Positions 17,392 to 27,693 are shown, counted from the stretch's first letter. The stretch: DNA of 64,000 nt from Candidatus Obscuribacterales bacterium (GCA_965228855.1 CBDDIJ010000002.1:2432001-2496000), one strand, 5' to 3'. Notes: a model not told the origin generated them from the sequence alone. Translations and numbers: made by a program.

Positions 17392-19404
17392 CTAGCGAGC
17401 CGATGCGCGTGATTTGAAACGACCTTGCGTGCTTCCCGAGTGACGTCTGCTGTCAGCGGAGGGTCTGCCGAAAGAAGGCGTACCATCTTGGTTTTGACGC
17501 GGACCGCGACCGAATTTGTCGCGACGGTGATCGGCACTCGAGGGCTTGTCACCATAACGCGCCTTTTCGCCGTAGCGTGGTTTCTCGCCGTTTGAAGGCT
17601 TATCGCCGTAACGCGGTTTTTCACCGTAGCGGGGCTTGTCACCGTTTGAAGGTTTCTCACCGTAGCGAGGTTTCTCACCGTAACGCTGCTTATTACCGCT
17701 TGACGGTTTATCTCCGTAACGCGGTTTCTCTCCATACGCAGGCTTGTCACCTTGGCGGGCCTTCTCACCGTAATGCGGCTTATCACCGTTTGACGGTTTA
17801 TCTCCGTAACGAGCCCTCTCTCCGTACGCCGTTTTTTCGCCATACCGAGGCTTGTCGCCGAAGTCGCGTTGGGAACCAGACTCGCGTTTTTCACCATACC
17901 GTGGTTTATCACCATATGAGCGCTTGCCACCGCTATTGGTGCGTTGACCAGAAAGCTGTCTACCACCTTCGTTGTTTTTCGTGCCGAAGGCATTTTGCTC
18001 ATCGTTGTTGAACCGTTTGTTGCTAACACGTACAGCCTCGTCGGCGTAAGCGTATTTAGCAACCCGAACTACTTCTTTGTCATTGTTCGATGTACGGGCT
18101 GAGGTTTCATTTTCTCGTCTTGCTGATTGACGAGCCGTGCTTACGGCAGATTCGCCCACTTGAGCTTCTCCGCCAAATGTCTCGTCTTTTGTCGAGCCTT
18201 CGCTGCTTTCGCCGTGACGACCTGACCGGTTGATCTTTCGTTGTTTTCTCGCTTTGCGTCTCTTGGAGTTCCCTTCGCCGGGCTCTGGTGTAGGCGCGTC
18301 GCCGACCATCTCCATTTTTCGTCCCGTGACTTTCTCGATATCACGCACGAGGTGGCGCTGCTCTCTGCTCACGAACGAAAGCGCGATTCCGGAACGACCA
18401 GCGCGACCAGTTCTACCGATACGGTGTACGAAGTCCGGCGCCGAATCCGGCAAGTCGTAGTTAATTACGTGACTGATTGAAGGAATATCTAACCCTCTTG
18501 CTGCAACATCGGTTGCTACAAGAACGGAGAACTCACCACTTCGATAACGTTTCAATGTTGCGTCGCGCTTGTTTTGCGAAACATCTCCGTGTATTTCCTC
18601 TGCCACCACATCGGATGCCGTCAAAAACTTCCGGACTCTTTTGACTCTGCCGCGAGTTCTTGCAAACACGATTACCGAATCGACTTCCGGTTTGTCTTTT
18701 ATGAGTTCAATGAGGAGATTGTTTTTCTCGTCTTCGGTTACGTGATAAGCACGTTGCTCGATTGCGACCGGCTCTAAACGCTCGGTATTTACGGCGACAC
18801 GAACCGGATCTTTTAGAAAGACGGAAGCAGTTTGCTCGATCTTCTTGTCGATGGTTGCTGAGAACATCAGCGTTTGCTCGCGGCTTTGCAGATATTTGAC
18901 TATCTGCTTGACCTGAGGCATGAAGCCCATATCGAGCATTCTATCTGCTTCGTCGAGTACGAGCGTCTTCACATTCGATAAGTCGACGTTGTTCCGTTTT
19001 ATGTGGTCGAACAGGCGTCCGGGAGTTGCAACTATTACATCGACGCCGCGCTTCAGCAGGCGAGTCTGTTTGTCATAGCCAGTGCCACCGTATATGGTGA
19101 CACTGCGCATGCCGCAACCGTTTGCGAAGCGGTCGAACTCGGTTTGTACCTGAACGGCTAGCTCGCGAGTCGGCACTAAAACCAGCACGCGCGGCAGTCT
19201 TTCCGAATTATTCTTGATGAACTGTAAGATTGGAACAGCGTACGCCGCGGTCTTGCCGGAGCCGGTCTCCGCCGACGCCATCAAGTCGTGGCCCGCGAGA
19301 ACGACAGGGATGGTCTTTTCTTGTATCTCCGTGGGCTCGACAAAGCCGATTTTTTCCAAGGCAACGGTGGCTCGCTTGGACAACCCAAGATCACTAAAAT
19401 TCAT
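17392..19404 (-). CDS. DEAD-box ATP-dependent RNA helicase with long repetitive basic C-terminal tail
   Basis: Q motif (GFVEPTEIQ), AETGSGKT, PTRELA, DEAD, SAT, HRIGRTGRAG. Start moved to ATG 19404 (AAAGGA RBS). Confidence 0.95.
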   Translation of the reverse strand: MNFSDLGLSKRATVALEKIGFVEPTEIQEKTIPVVLAGHDLMASAETGSGKTAAYAVPILQFIKNNSERLPRVLVLVPTRELAVQVQTEFDRFANGCGMRSVTIYGGTGYDKQTRLLKRGVDVIVATPGRLFDHIKRNNVDLSNVKTLVLDEADRMLDMGFMPQVKQIVKYLQSREQTLMFSATIDKKIEQTASVFLKDPVRVAVNTERLEPVAIEQRAYHVTEDEKNNLLIELIKDKPEVDSVIVFARTRGRVKRVRKFLTASDVVAEEIHGDVSQNKRDATLKRYRSGEFSVLVATDVAARGLDIPSISHVINYDLPDSAPDFVHRIGRTGRAGRSGIALSFVSREQRHLVRDIEKVTGRKMEMVGDAPTPEPGEGNSKRRKARKQRKINRSGRHGESSEGSTKDETFGGEAQVGESAVSTARQSARRENETSARTSNNDKEVVRVAKYAYADEAVRVSNKRFNNDEQNAFGTKNNEGGRQLSGQRTNSGGKRSYGDKPRYGEKRESGSQRDFGDKPRYGEKTAYGERARYGDKPSNGDKPHYGEKARQGDKPAYGEKPRYGDKPSSGNKQRYGEKPRYGEKPSNGDKPRYGEKPRYGDKPSNGEKPRYGEKARYGDKPSSADHRRDKFGRGPRQNQDGTPSFGRPSADSRRHSGSTQGRFKSRASAR
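17539..17916 (-). repeat. Coding tandem repeat, 21 x 18 bp (consensus peptide YG[D/E]KP[R/S])
   Basis: Counted in translation from YGDKPR YGEKRE ... YGEKAR YGDKPS; imperfect at DNA level. Confidence 0.9.
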
Positions 19405-19648
19405 TGTTGATTCCTTTGTGTGCGTCTGCTGGTGCGCTTTGACTGTCAGTTCCAAGTCCAAAAATTGACCAGCCTGACTCAGACTTGCCGCTAGTATGGC
19501 ATACCGGCTCATGACATGTTGGCGATTGTGAAGTTATGCGCGTGAGAAGATGGTCAGGAGTGACTTTAGCGAGTCTCTGCGCCAGTCTTGGAGAAGACAA
19601 GAAGCCGCTTTACTTCGCCCGAGATGCCGCGTGAAACCGCCATCGCCA

Positions 19649-19966
19649 TCAAAGTTGCTTCAGCGTTTCCTGAACATCTATAAGATGATTGTTGAAAATC
19701 TCTTTGGCGACGTCGAGAAGCCTGAAAACAGTGGGGTCTATGCAGGAATAGTAAATGTTGTTGCCTTGTTTGCGGGCGGCAACAAGGTTTTTGCTTTTCA
19801 GCACGGCGAGCTGTTGGGAGACGTTTGGCATCTCGACCTCGAGACGCTCGGTGATTTCCGAAACCGTTAACTCCTGTTCTCGCAACTGATCGAGAATTCT
19901 GATTCTCAGCGGGTTTGCGAGTGCTTTGAAGAACTCGGCTTTGAATTTTGCTAGTTTCTCTGCCAT
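19649..19966 (-). CDS. ArsR/SmtB-family transcriptional regulator
   Basis: KAEFFKALANPLRIRIL..L...ELTVSEI...VSQQLAVLK...V..RKQGN.IYY. Confidence 0.92.
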   Translation of the reverse strand: MAEKLAKFKAEFFKALANPLRIRILDQLREQELTVSEITERLEVEMPNVSQQLAVLKSKNLVAARKQGNNIYYSCIDPTVFRLLDVAKEIFNNHLIDVQETLKQL

Positions 19967-20143
19967 TTGTCTTTGACTGAACGGTGTTTCCTACGAACCT
20001 CATTCTACATGCTTTGTACTGGCTGAAAGGAAGTTGTGATCAACTTGTGTTTGCCTAAAGTGCCTATCTTGAACGATTTCCGGCGCTTTGCTATGTTCGG
20101 CTCAAGTTTGGTGTTTGAACCCGCTGACATCCGTGATAAGCTG

Positions 20144-20165
20144 ATTGCATAGTTTCGCAATTGCG
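20144..20165. promoter_or_regulatory. Palindromic operator candidate between arsR and the Ehr operon
   Basis: ATTGC-N8-GCAAT (20144-20161) overlapping perfect palindrome CGCAATTGCG (20156-20165); near-copy at 27694. Confidence 0.55.
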
Positions 20166-20194
20166 TAATTAGCTTAAATTAAAACCGGCTTCCA

Positions 20195-22177
20195 ATGAAT
20201 CCCTCCCTGATCTCTTTTCTTTGTTTGACAACCGCCCTAATGGCATTGCCAACATTGTTCTTCAGGAAGGCGAATAGCCTCGCTCTCTCCCTTCTAACGT
20301 TGATGTTCTCGCTTTTGCTCAGCGCTCTGGTAGTTGCTACAGCCATCGATGCGCACTGGACCGCCCCTGCGTGGCTGTCGGTCGGCTCTTTTCCGATGAC
20401 GTTCCAGCTCGATAACTTGTCGGTTGCCTTCATCTTACTACTCACGGTCCTGGCTTCAGCTGTGGCTCTTTTCTCGCCTGGATATTTGAAACACTTTGAC
20501 GAAACCGTTAACCGCGGCTTGTACTGGGCTTCTTTCCTTGTCTTCATATCTTCGATGGCGCTCGTGGTGTTGAGTGCCGATGCCGTGACTTTCCTGGTCT
20601 TCTGGGAACTGATGTCGATATCTTCCGGCGCTCTGGTCGCCACTAATCATCAGAACCACAGCGTCCAAAAAGCATCGCTTATATATCTGGGAGCCACCAG
20701 GGTCGCGACCGGATTTCTAGCGGGTGGTTTTCTATGGATGCATTCGCTCACGAACAGTTGGGCTTTTCAAGATTGGCACTTCATCACAAATGCGAGCGCC
20801 CAACTTGGTGCCTCAACAAGTGGTGCACATTTTGCCGCTTTTCTGATTTTTATCGGATTCGCCATCAAAGCTGGCATCTGGCCCTTCCATTTATGGTTGC
20901 CCTACGCATACCCGGCTGCCCCATGCACGGTGTCATCTCTCATGAGTGGGGTGAGCAAAATTGCGCTGTATGGAATTATCCGTATTCTTGTTCTTGGCGA
21001 TCTCGATTCCCCGATTCTAGGTTACCTGGCTATTTTTCTAGGAGCAATCTCGGCGTTTTGGGGGGTCTTGTTCGCACTCATTCAAACTGACTTGAAGAAA
21101 ACTCTGGCGTACTCGAGTGTCGAAAATGTAGGACTTATCCTGCTTGCGATCGGTGTTTGTCTGGTCGCAAAGACGAACGGTTTATTGTCGGTAGCTGCGA
21201 TTGCGCTATCCGCTGGTTTGTTTCATGCCATCGGACATGGCGTGTTCAAAGCTTTGATGTTCTTAAGTGTTGGCACCGTGCAATGTGCGACGCGTACATC
21301 GCGCATAGGAAACCTCGGCGGTCTATTGAAAAAACTGCCTACAACCTCCACTTGCTTCTTAGTAGGTGCTATGGCCATTTGTGCGTTGCCGCCGCTAAAC
21401 GGTTTTATGGGCAAATGGATGCTGTATCAGTCTTTGATGCAGAATACTTGGCTCTCGGGTTCTCCGGTGGGAGCCGGCGTCTCCCTGAGCGTCATTTGCG
21501 TGTTAGCTCTTGTCGGGGGTCTGTCTATCGCCTGCTTTGCAAATGCATTTTCTGTCTCATTCCTGGGTGAACCGCGCTCCTCATCCGCTGCGCATGCCAT
21601 CGAGGGAGATATCGGAAGCAGTTGCGCTCAGGTCTTTCTTGCCGCTCTGTGTCTAGCGCTCGGCTTGTTCGCTGCACCGGTCATAGGATTTCTGAAACCG
21701 ATATGTGATGCTGCCTTGCATGCGGACACCACCGTCGCAGCGACGATTCACTTCTCTCTTTCCTCGGTACTCATCGTGTTTACTTCGCTTTTCGCTTTGA
21801 TATATCTTCTAATTTTGAAACCTTCCAAGGTGCGGCGCGGGATTATCTGGGAGTGTGGTTTCGGAAGTGTTTCTGCCAGGGCTCAGGTGACTGCGGACTC
21901 ATTCGCGCAGCCGATTGCACGCATCTTCAATAAACTGCTGAGCTATAGCGTTACCTGCGAAATCGAAGGCAGCGACAGGCGCCACTTCCCGGAGCGAATA
22001 ACCGTCGCACCGCATACGGCATCACATATCGAACGCCGAATTTACCAGCCTTTTCTAAAACTTATTTCGTTCATCGCACGCTCGCTAGCCAGGTTGCAGT
22101 CCGGCAGTATTCATCTTTATCTCGTATACCTGTGCGTGACGCTAATTGCGCTCTTAATTGTCGGAAGGAGTTTCTAA
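20195..22177 (+). CDS. hyfB: Hydrogenase-4 component B-like proton-translocating antiporter subunit (NuoL/MrpA family)
   Basis: FLVFWELMS, KAGIWPFHLWLP.AYPAAP, LAYSSVENVG, LPPLNGF, C-terminal LQSGSIHLYL. Confidence 0.88.
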   Translation: MNPSLISFLCLTTALMALPTLFFRKANSLALSLLTLMFSLLLSALVVATAIDAHWTAPAWLSVGSFPMTFQLDNLSVAFILLLTVLASAVALFSPGYLKHFDETVNRGLYWASFLVFISSMALVVLSADAVTFLVFWELMSISSGALVATNHQNHSVQKASLIYLGATRVATGFLAGGFLWMHSLTNSWAFQDWHFITNASAQLGASTSGAHFAAFLIFIGFAIKAGIWPFHLWLPYAYPAAPCTVSSLMSGVSKIALYGIIRILVLGDLDSPILGYLAIFLGAISAFWGVLFALIQTDLKKTLAYSSVENVGLILLAIGVCLVAKTNGLLSVAAIALSAGLFHAIGHGVFKALMFLSVGTVQCATRTSRIGNLGGLLKKLPTTSTCFLVGAMAICALPPLNGFMGKWMLYQSLMQNTWLSGSPVGAGVSLSVICVLALVGGLSIACFANAFSVSFLGEPRSSSAAHAIEGDIGSSCAQVFLAALCLALGLFAAPVIGFLKPICDAALHADTTVAATIHFSLSSVLIVFTSLFALIYLLILKPSKVRRGIIWECGFGSVSARAQVTADSFAQPIARIFNKLLSYSVTCEIEGSDRRHFPERITVAPHTASHIERRIYQPFLKLISFIARSLARLQSGSIHLYLVYLCVTLIALLIVGRSF

Positions 22178-22179
22178 CG

Positions 22180-23148
22180 ATGTGGCAATCAATGTCGACT
22201 GAGACATTTTTGTTTGAAACCGCACGATGGATCCTATTTGCCGTAATCACTTTTGTTATGCCGATCTTGACGATCGGCGTTGTTAGGAAAACCCGAGCTC
22301 GAATGCAAGGGCGAATGGGCGCGCCCCTTTTGCAGGCGCTTTTCGACCTTCGCAAGTTGATGCAGAAAAGTGAAGCGGTAAGTTCCACGGCAACGTGGAT
22401 ATTCCGCTCCGGCGCAGGTATTGAACTGGCAAATATGCTTTTACTTTCCACTCTGGTTCCCTGGATCGCGAATAAGCCGGATGGTGTGAGCAGTGATTTG
22501 TTTCTCATCGTTTATCTCTTTGCGCTCAGCCGATTGTTTGCAATCCTTGCAGCGCTAGACTCCGGGTCACCCTTCGGTGCCTTCGGAAGTAGCCGGGATG
22601 CGACGCTAGCCATGCTTGTTGAACCCGCTTCACTTCTCGCTCTTGCATCCCTCGCAGTCGTCGCCAGGTCAACCGAGATGAATGTGATTTTCTCATTGAC
22701 AAACGTTTTACTTGAGCACGATCCGGGTCTGTGGTTTCTCGCCGGCACCGCAATTGTGATGGCTAGTCTGGTTGAGCTATCGCGCATGCCGGTTGACGAT
22801 CCTGCAACTCACCTGGAGTTGACGATGATTCACGAGGCGATGCTCCTTGAGAGTTCAGGTCGAAATCTGGCCCTTCGTGAGTTCACCAGAGCGCTCAAGA
22901 TGACCGTGTTGTTCGGACTTTCAGCTCAATGTTATCTGCGCGCCTGGGATGATTTCTGGCATTTTCCAGTTGTGGCCCAGGTCTGGCTCAGTATTGGTGG
23001 CATTCTCGGACTCGCTCTGGTAGTGGGCGTGTTCGAGAGTGTCTCGGTGAAGCTTCAGTGGCGCAAAGCGCCTGAATTCATATCTTACTGCATGACGCTC
23101 AGCTTGCTAGCTGCAATGGTGGCGGTGGCTCGGGGGGTTGTACATTGA
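22180..23148 (+). CDS. hyfC: HyfC/HycD (NuoH-like) membrane subunit
   Basis: RKTRARMQGRMGAPLLQ, GSPFGAFGSSR, RMPVDDPATHLELTMIHEAM. AAGGAG RBS. Confidence 0.88.
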   Translation: MWQSMSTETFLFETARWILFAVITFVMPILTIGVVRKTRARMQGRMGAPLLQALFDLRKLMQKSEAVSSTATWIFRSGAGIELANMLLLSTLVPWIANKPDGVSSDLFLIVYLFALSRLFAILAALDSGSPFGAFGSSRDATLAMLVEPASLLALASLAVVARSTEMNVIFSLTNVLLEHDPGLWFLAGTAIVMASLVELSRMPVDDPATHLELTMIHEAMLLESSGRNLALREFTRALKMTVLFGLSAQCYLRAWDDFWHFPVVAQVWLSIGGILGLALVVGVFESVSVKLQWRKAPEFISYCMTLSLLAAMVAVARGVVH

Positions 23149-23795
23149 GTTTCACGCCTGCTGAATGGAGTTTGATTGCGTCGGCGACTGTCGCGATTTT
23201 GATGGTCGGCTCGTTGCACGTGCGAGTAAATCTTTTCGGCTATTGTGTCCTAACCGTGCTGATTTCGCTTGCTACCATGTTCTCAGCCATCGATCACCAT
23301 GAAACCTCCATGTTTTACCTTGCTGGCGCGATAGCTGTTTTAAAAGGAATATCAATTCCGTTGTTCTTGTACTGGATCATCGGTAAGTTAAAGCTCGGTA
23401 GCGACAGTGGTGCTGTTCTTTCTGCACCACTGGCGATGCATTTGAACATCGGTCTCACTATCATGAGTTATTTCCTTGTCTCGGAACTTCCTGTTCCTTT
23501 AGGTGAGTTGCGAACATGGGTCGGCGCTATGTCGGCTATTTCCATGGTTTTGACGGGAATCGTGTTAATGCTGATTCGGCGATTGGCAATCAGTCAGATC
23601 ATTGGATTTCTCGTGTTGGAAAACGGAATTTATATCTTTGCTCTTACCCAAACACGCGGAATGCCGCTAATCATAGAAATGGGGGTGGTGCTTGATGTGC
23701 TGGTCGGGGTAATGATTGCAGGTCTGTTGATGTTTAGAATTCAGAGCAGTTTTGAGCACATAGACGTGTCGAAGCTAACTGATTTGAGAGATTAA
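23145..23795 (+). CDS. hyfE: HyfE-like membrane subunit
   Basis: Hydrophobic; QIIGFLVLENGI, MPLIIEMGVVLDV. Overlaps hyfC stop. Confidence 0.85.
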   Translation: MSFTPAEWSLIASATVAILMVGSLHVRVNLFGYCVLTVLISLATMFSAIDHHETSMFYLAGAIAVLKGISIPLFLYWIIGKLKLGSDSGAVLSAPLAMHLNIGLTIMSYFLVSELPVPLGELRTWVGAMSAISMVLTGIVLMLIRRLAISQIIGFLVLENGIYIFALTQTRGMPLIIEMGVVLDVLVGVMIAGLLMFRIQSSFEHIDVSKLTDLRD

Positions 23796-23796
23796 A

Positions 23797-25230
23797 ATGG
23801 AAACCATCGGCTTCATCAGTTTAACTCCATGCTTGATCGTACTGACGGTGTTGTTGGTGCGGCACAAACCGTTTGTTCGATTTGTCTTGCCTATCTTATT
23901 TTGGATACAGCTAGCGGCCGTGGTTTACGTTGTGGCGCCGCTGTTTCAGCGAAATGCTGTTTCACTCGCTCTGACTCCCGATTTCAAAATTGACTCTCTT
24001 GGCTCTCTATTCATGACCTTGACTGCGTTCGTCACTGCTTGCGCGATGTCCCATGCAAGAGTATTTTTTGAAGTGGAAGACGCGCGTGCTGGAGAGTCCT
24101 ATCAGTTCGAGCATGAGCGCATCTTTTACGCATGTGCGGCGCTGTTTTTGCTCGCTATGAATTTCGTGTTCATCTCCGATAATCTCGGATTTCTCTGGAT
24201 CAGTATAGAAGCGACCACGCTCTCGTCGGCTGCCTTGATCTATTACGGACGAACAAAACATACGCTGGAAGCGACGTGGAAGTATCTCGTCGTTTGTTCC
24301 GTCGGAATCGCATTTGCATTGTTCGGCACTATTCTTCTCTTCGCTTCCAGCCAGCATGGTGCTATCGAGCACGGGTCACTGAATTTGAGCGAACTGATGG
24401 CGCATGCTGATGCTCTGGAGTTTCGACTCCTCCGGCTTGGATATATTTTCTGTCTGGTCGGTTATGGTACCAAAGCTGGTATCTTTCCGCTTCATAGCTG
24501 GTTGCCTGATGCGCATTCGGAAGCACCGGCTCCGGCGTCAGCGATTCTTTCCGGCGCGCTTCTCAACTGTGCCCTCTTCGCAATCTGGCGTTTGTCGCAA
24601 CTTGTCAGCGCCGCACATCATGAGGCTCTCGCAACCAATTTGCCTTTGGCGCTTGGAACCGTCACCGCACTGGCAGCAAGTTTCTTCCTTATCCACCAAC
24701 ACGGTATTAAGCGATTGTGGGCCTACTCGAGTATTGAGAATGTCGGCATAATGCTGGTTGCAATTGGTTTGAGCAGCGGACCTCTATTTTTCTTGCAGGC
24801 GCTCAACCACAGTATTGCCAAAGTTGCTCTGTTTCTTTTAGCCGGAAACATCATCCAATCTGCGGGAACCAAAAATCTTGCAGACATCCGGGGATTGCTC
24901 CAATCTGCGCCATCGTGGGCGGTGCTCTTTGCTATCGCTGCTTTTGCCGTGACGGGTGCTCCCCCGAGTGGCGCCTTCCTCAGTGAACTGCTTATACTCC
25001 TTCAAGCGATGGAGCAGAAACAGTTTATCGTTGTAGTCTCACTAATCGTCGCTTTGACCATCAGTTTCATTGCTGTATCCGTTCACGTTTGCAGGATTCT
25101 CTTTGGTTCGGAAAAACCAAATTTTGCAAAGCTTAAACCGTTTTCTACCAGTATCGTTCCTGCTCTGCTTGTCGCCCTTTCGCTACTATGCGGTGTGACT
25201 GCTCTTCCTATATTATTGTCTAAGCCATGA
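23797..25230 (+). CDS. hyfF: HyfF-like proton-translocating antiporter subunit
   Basis: WISIEATTL, LEATWKY, GYGTKAGIFPLHSWLPDAHSEAPAP, KRLWAYSSIEN. Confidence 0.88.
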   Translation: METIGFISLTPCLIVLTVLLVRHKPFVRFVLPILFWIQLAAVVYVVAPLFQRNAVSLALTPDFKIDSLGSLFMTLTAFVTACAMSHARVFFEVEDARAGESYQFEHERIFYACAALFLLAMNFVFISDNLGFLWISIEATTLSSAALIYYGRTKHTLEATWKYLVVCSVGIAFALFGTILLFASSQHGAIEHGSLNLSELMAHADALEFRLLRLGYIFCLVGYGTKAGIFPLHSWLPDAHSEAPAPASAILSGALLNCALFAIWRLSQLVSAAHHEALATNLPLALGTVTALAASFFLIHQHGIKRLWAYSSIENVGIMLVAIGLSSGPLFFLQALNHSIAKVALFLLAGNIIQSAGTKNLADIRGLLQSAPSWAVLFAIAAFAVTGAPPSGAFLSELLILLQAMEQKQFIVVVSLIVALTISFIAVSVHVCRILFGSEKPNFAKLKPFSTSIVPALLVALSLLCGVTALPILLSKP

Positions 25231-26744
25231 TTGAAAACGCACACATCGTTAGAATCAACGTCGATGCTCAAGAGCGGATGACCCGTTTGAAAACCATGCT
25301 GCACGTGCCTGGAAATCGTCTTGGATTGATAACTTCGATTGATGGCTCCCAGCTTGTGACGCTGCTTCTCGATACTAACACCGGTCGAAGCACAGTGTGG
25401 GAGACTCCTTTGTCGTCCGACGTCTATCCTTCTCTTACTATGATGATTCCGCAGTGCCACTGGTTTGAGCGGTCCACTTGGGACATGTTCGGTTTGAAAC
25501 CGAATGGCCATCCTCGTTTGAAACACAACCTCCTGCATGAACCTTACGAGGCATCGCTCTTTCCGCTGAAGACAGACCATGAGGTTGAGTCTCATGATAC
25601 GGACCGTTTCTACAAGTGTCTGGAAGTCCGCGGGCAGGGTGTTTACGAAATTCCGGTCGGTCCTATCCATGCCGGGATCATAGAGCCAGGTCACTTCAGA
25701 TTCAGTTGTCTGGGAGAAGTGATTCTGAACCTCGAGATTCGACTCGGATATGTTCACCGCGGTGTTGAAAAACGAATTGTCGAGGTACCGCTCAGTCGAA
25801 TGCGATTCGTCGCTGAATCGACTGCTGGGGACATGATCGCGGCTAATGCCCTTGCTCACGCTGTTGCGGTGGAATCTTGTTTGCAGATCGAAGAGTCTCC
25901 ACGTGCCCGTGCTTTCAGAACAATTTCTCTGGAACTGGAGCGCATCGCCATGCACGTGAGCGACCTGGGGGGGCTTGCCGGTGATATCGGATTTGCAGCT
26001 ATTAGCAGTTCGATGGCGATCCTTCGCGGTGATGTTCTCGGATGCGCCGAACTCCTCACTGGCACCAGATTTCAGAAAGGCTTTATTGCTCCTGGTGGTA
26101 TATCACGTGAGCCTTCGGACAAAAATGTGTCCCAGCTACGCACGAATTTGAAAAAGATTCAACTGAAGTTAAAACCGATTTTAGACTTTCTGTTTTCGAA
26201 TCAAGTCGCTTGCGATCGAATGACCAACGTTGGCATTTTGACTCCAAAACTAGCAGCAGACTTCGGCGTAGTCGGTGTGGCCGGCCGCGCCAGTGGTATT
26301 GCCTATGATGCTCGGAAGTCATTTGTCCATGGCTGTTTTCCCCGACAAAATATGGTGCTTCCGGTTCAGCAGGCTGGAGATGTTTTAAGTCGCGCCAAAG
26401 TTCGCGCTGAAGAATTGCGAAGTAGTCTTGAAATAGTCTATGAAATTTTGGACACCTTGCCTGGTGGCGGAGCTACTTCTGGTGCCGATCACGATCTTCG
26501 CTCTCAGAAACGGTTTAAATTTAGGACAAATGATTGCGGAATAGGAATTGTCGAGTCTTTTCGCGGCGAACTGATTCATCTGTTCTTCACCGACGGCGAG
26601 GGCAAGATTATTCGATATGCGATAAAAGATCCCAGTGTGAACAATTGGACCGCGTTAGCTATCGCTGTGAGAAACAATTTGTTGTCCGACTTTCCTCTAT
26701 GCAACAAGAGTTTTGGTCTGTCATACAGCGGTCATGATTTGTGA
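25227..26744 (+). CDS. HyfG/HycE-like (NuoCD) large subunit lacking NiFe-binding cysteines (Ehr large subunit)
   Basis: PVGPIHAGIIEPGHFRF, LGYVHRGVEK, ELERIAMH. The L1 RxCxxC site reads ESTAGD and the L2 DPCxxC site reads DFPLCNKSFGLSYSGHDL. Confidence 0.9.
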   Translation: MIENAHIVRINVDAQERMTRLKTMLHVPGNRLGLITSIDGSQLVTLLLDTNTGRSTVWETPLSSDVYPSLTMMIPQCHWFERSTWDMFGLKPNGHPRLKHNLLHEPYEASLFPLKTDHEVESHDTDRFYKCLEVRGQGVYEIPVGPIHAGIIEPGHFRFSCLGEVILNLEIRLGYVHRGVEKRIVEVPLSRMRFVAESTAGDMIAANALAHAVAVESCLQIEESPRARAFRTISLELERIAMHVSDLGGLAGDIGFAAISSSMAILRGDVLGCAELLTGTRFQKGFIAPGGISREPSDKNVSQLRTNLKKIQLKLKPILDFLFSNQVACDRMTNVGILTPKLAADFGVVGVAGRASGIAYDARKSFVHGCFPRQNMVLPVQQAGDVLSRAKVRAEELRSSLEIVYEILDTLPGGGATSGADHDLRSQKRFKFRTNDCGIGIVESFRGELIHLFFTDGEGKIIRYAIKDPSVNNWTALAIAVRNNLLSDFPLCNKSFGLSYSGHDL

Positions 26745-26752
26745 GGTCGTAG

Positions 26753-27670
26753 ATGATTAGGCTCCTGAATTATCTGGTCACGAGGAAAATCGCCACGTCC
26801 AAAGCGCTTTTCGCACCGCTTGGTGATGGAGTGCGCGGCTTGCCCATGCTTACGGGCGAGTCGATTTCTGAAGCTGAGGCAGTCGAGTTAGCGGAAGGTT
26901 GTCCGACTGGCGCGATTCGTGTGCTTGAGAAGGAGGATGGTCGCCAAGTACTGGAGTTGGATCGTGGAGCCTGCACAACATGCGGTTTTTGCCTGGATGT
27001 TTGTCCAACTGCTGCGATAAAAAGCGATCCGAGCACCATGATTGCAACTCGCAAACGCGATCAACTTTTTTCGAGCGTGGCTTTGATTGATACTTCCCTA
27101 GATACTGCATCCGGTGTCGCTGGTGATACTGCTGGCAAGACTGCATATGGTGTCAAAGCCGATACTGCAGGCGGTGTACATGAGTTTTTGGAAGCCACCG
27201 ACAGCTTGCCACAAGACGCCATTGCGTCGGATCTCGCTCGGGAAAAATTGATTTCGAAAATTTTCGGGCGTTCAATTGCAATCAGAGTGGTTTCAACCGG
27301 ATGCACTTCCTGTGACCTCGAGATTGGAGCCGCAGGCAATCCAATCTTCGACATGGAGCGATTCGGAATGCATGTCGTAGCGTCCCCGCGTTTCGCCGAT
27401 GTGTTATTGGTTACCGGACCTGTACCGAAAGCGATGCACGATCCATTGAGGCTTTGCTATGAGGCGATGTCGGAACCTCGGCTTGTTGTCGCAGTTGGAA
27501 GCTGTGCGATTTCAGGAGGTGTTCACAAAGACAGTTACGCGCAAGCTAATGGGGTCGGGGCAGTATTACCGGTCGACGTTTTCATTCCGGGGTGTCCTCC
27601 CCATCCGTGGAGCATAATCGACGGCATAGCCATGGCTATGGGCCGAAAGCGGCAAGGGCGCCCAAACTAA
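26753..27670 (+). CDS. Fused ferredoxin (HyfH/NuoI-like) + HyfI/NuoB-like small subunit
   Basis: CPTGAI, CTTCGFCLDVCP; then GCTSC, SPRFADVLLVTGPV, VGSCAISGG, IPGCPP. Confidence 0.88.
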   Translation: MIRLLNYLVTRKIATSKALFAPLGDGVRGLPMLTGESISEAEAVELAEGCPTGAIRVLEKEDGRQVLELDRGACTTCGFCLDVCPTAAIKSDPSTMIATRKRDQLFSSVALIDTSLDTASGVAGDTAGKTAYGVKADTAGGVHEFLEATDSLPQDAIASDLAREKLISKIFGRSIAIRVVSTGCTSCDLEIGAAGNPIFDMERFGMHVVASPRFADVLLVTGPVPKAMHDPLRLCYEAMSEPRLVVAVGSCAISGGVHKDSYAQANGVGAVLPVDVFIPGCPPHPWSIIDGIAMAMGRKRQGRPN

Positions 27671-27693
27671 GCTTTGATTGTTAAAACCCCGTA

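Noticed and set aside
17539..17916. Possible CRISPR array
   Set aside because: Contiguous degenerate 18-bp coding units with no unique spacers and no cas genes.
17340..18062. 240-aa alternative-frame ORF over the helicase tail
   Set aside because: Stop-free by-product of the 18-bp repeat; wholly overlaps the helicase on the same strand.
25083..25955. 290-aa minus-strand ORF, and similar antisense ORFs at 36535-37185 and 44985-45662
   Set aside because: Lie opposite well-supported genes and have no recognisable motifs.
25227..26744. Functional group 4 [NiFe]-hydrogenase / formate hydrogenlyase
   Set aside because: Both Ni-binding CxxC motifs are absent and no maturation or formate dehydrogenase genes are in the window.
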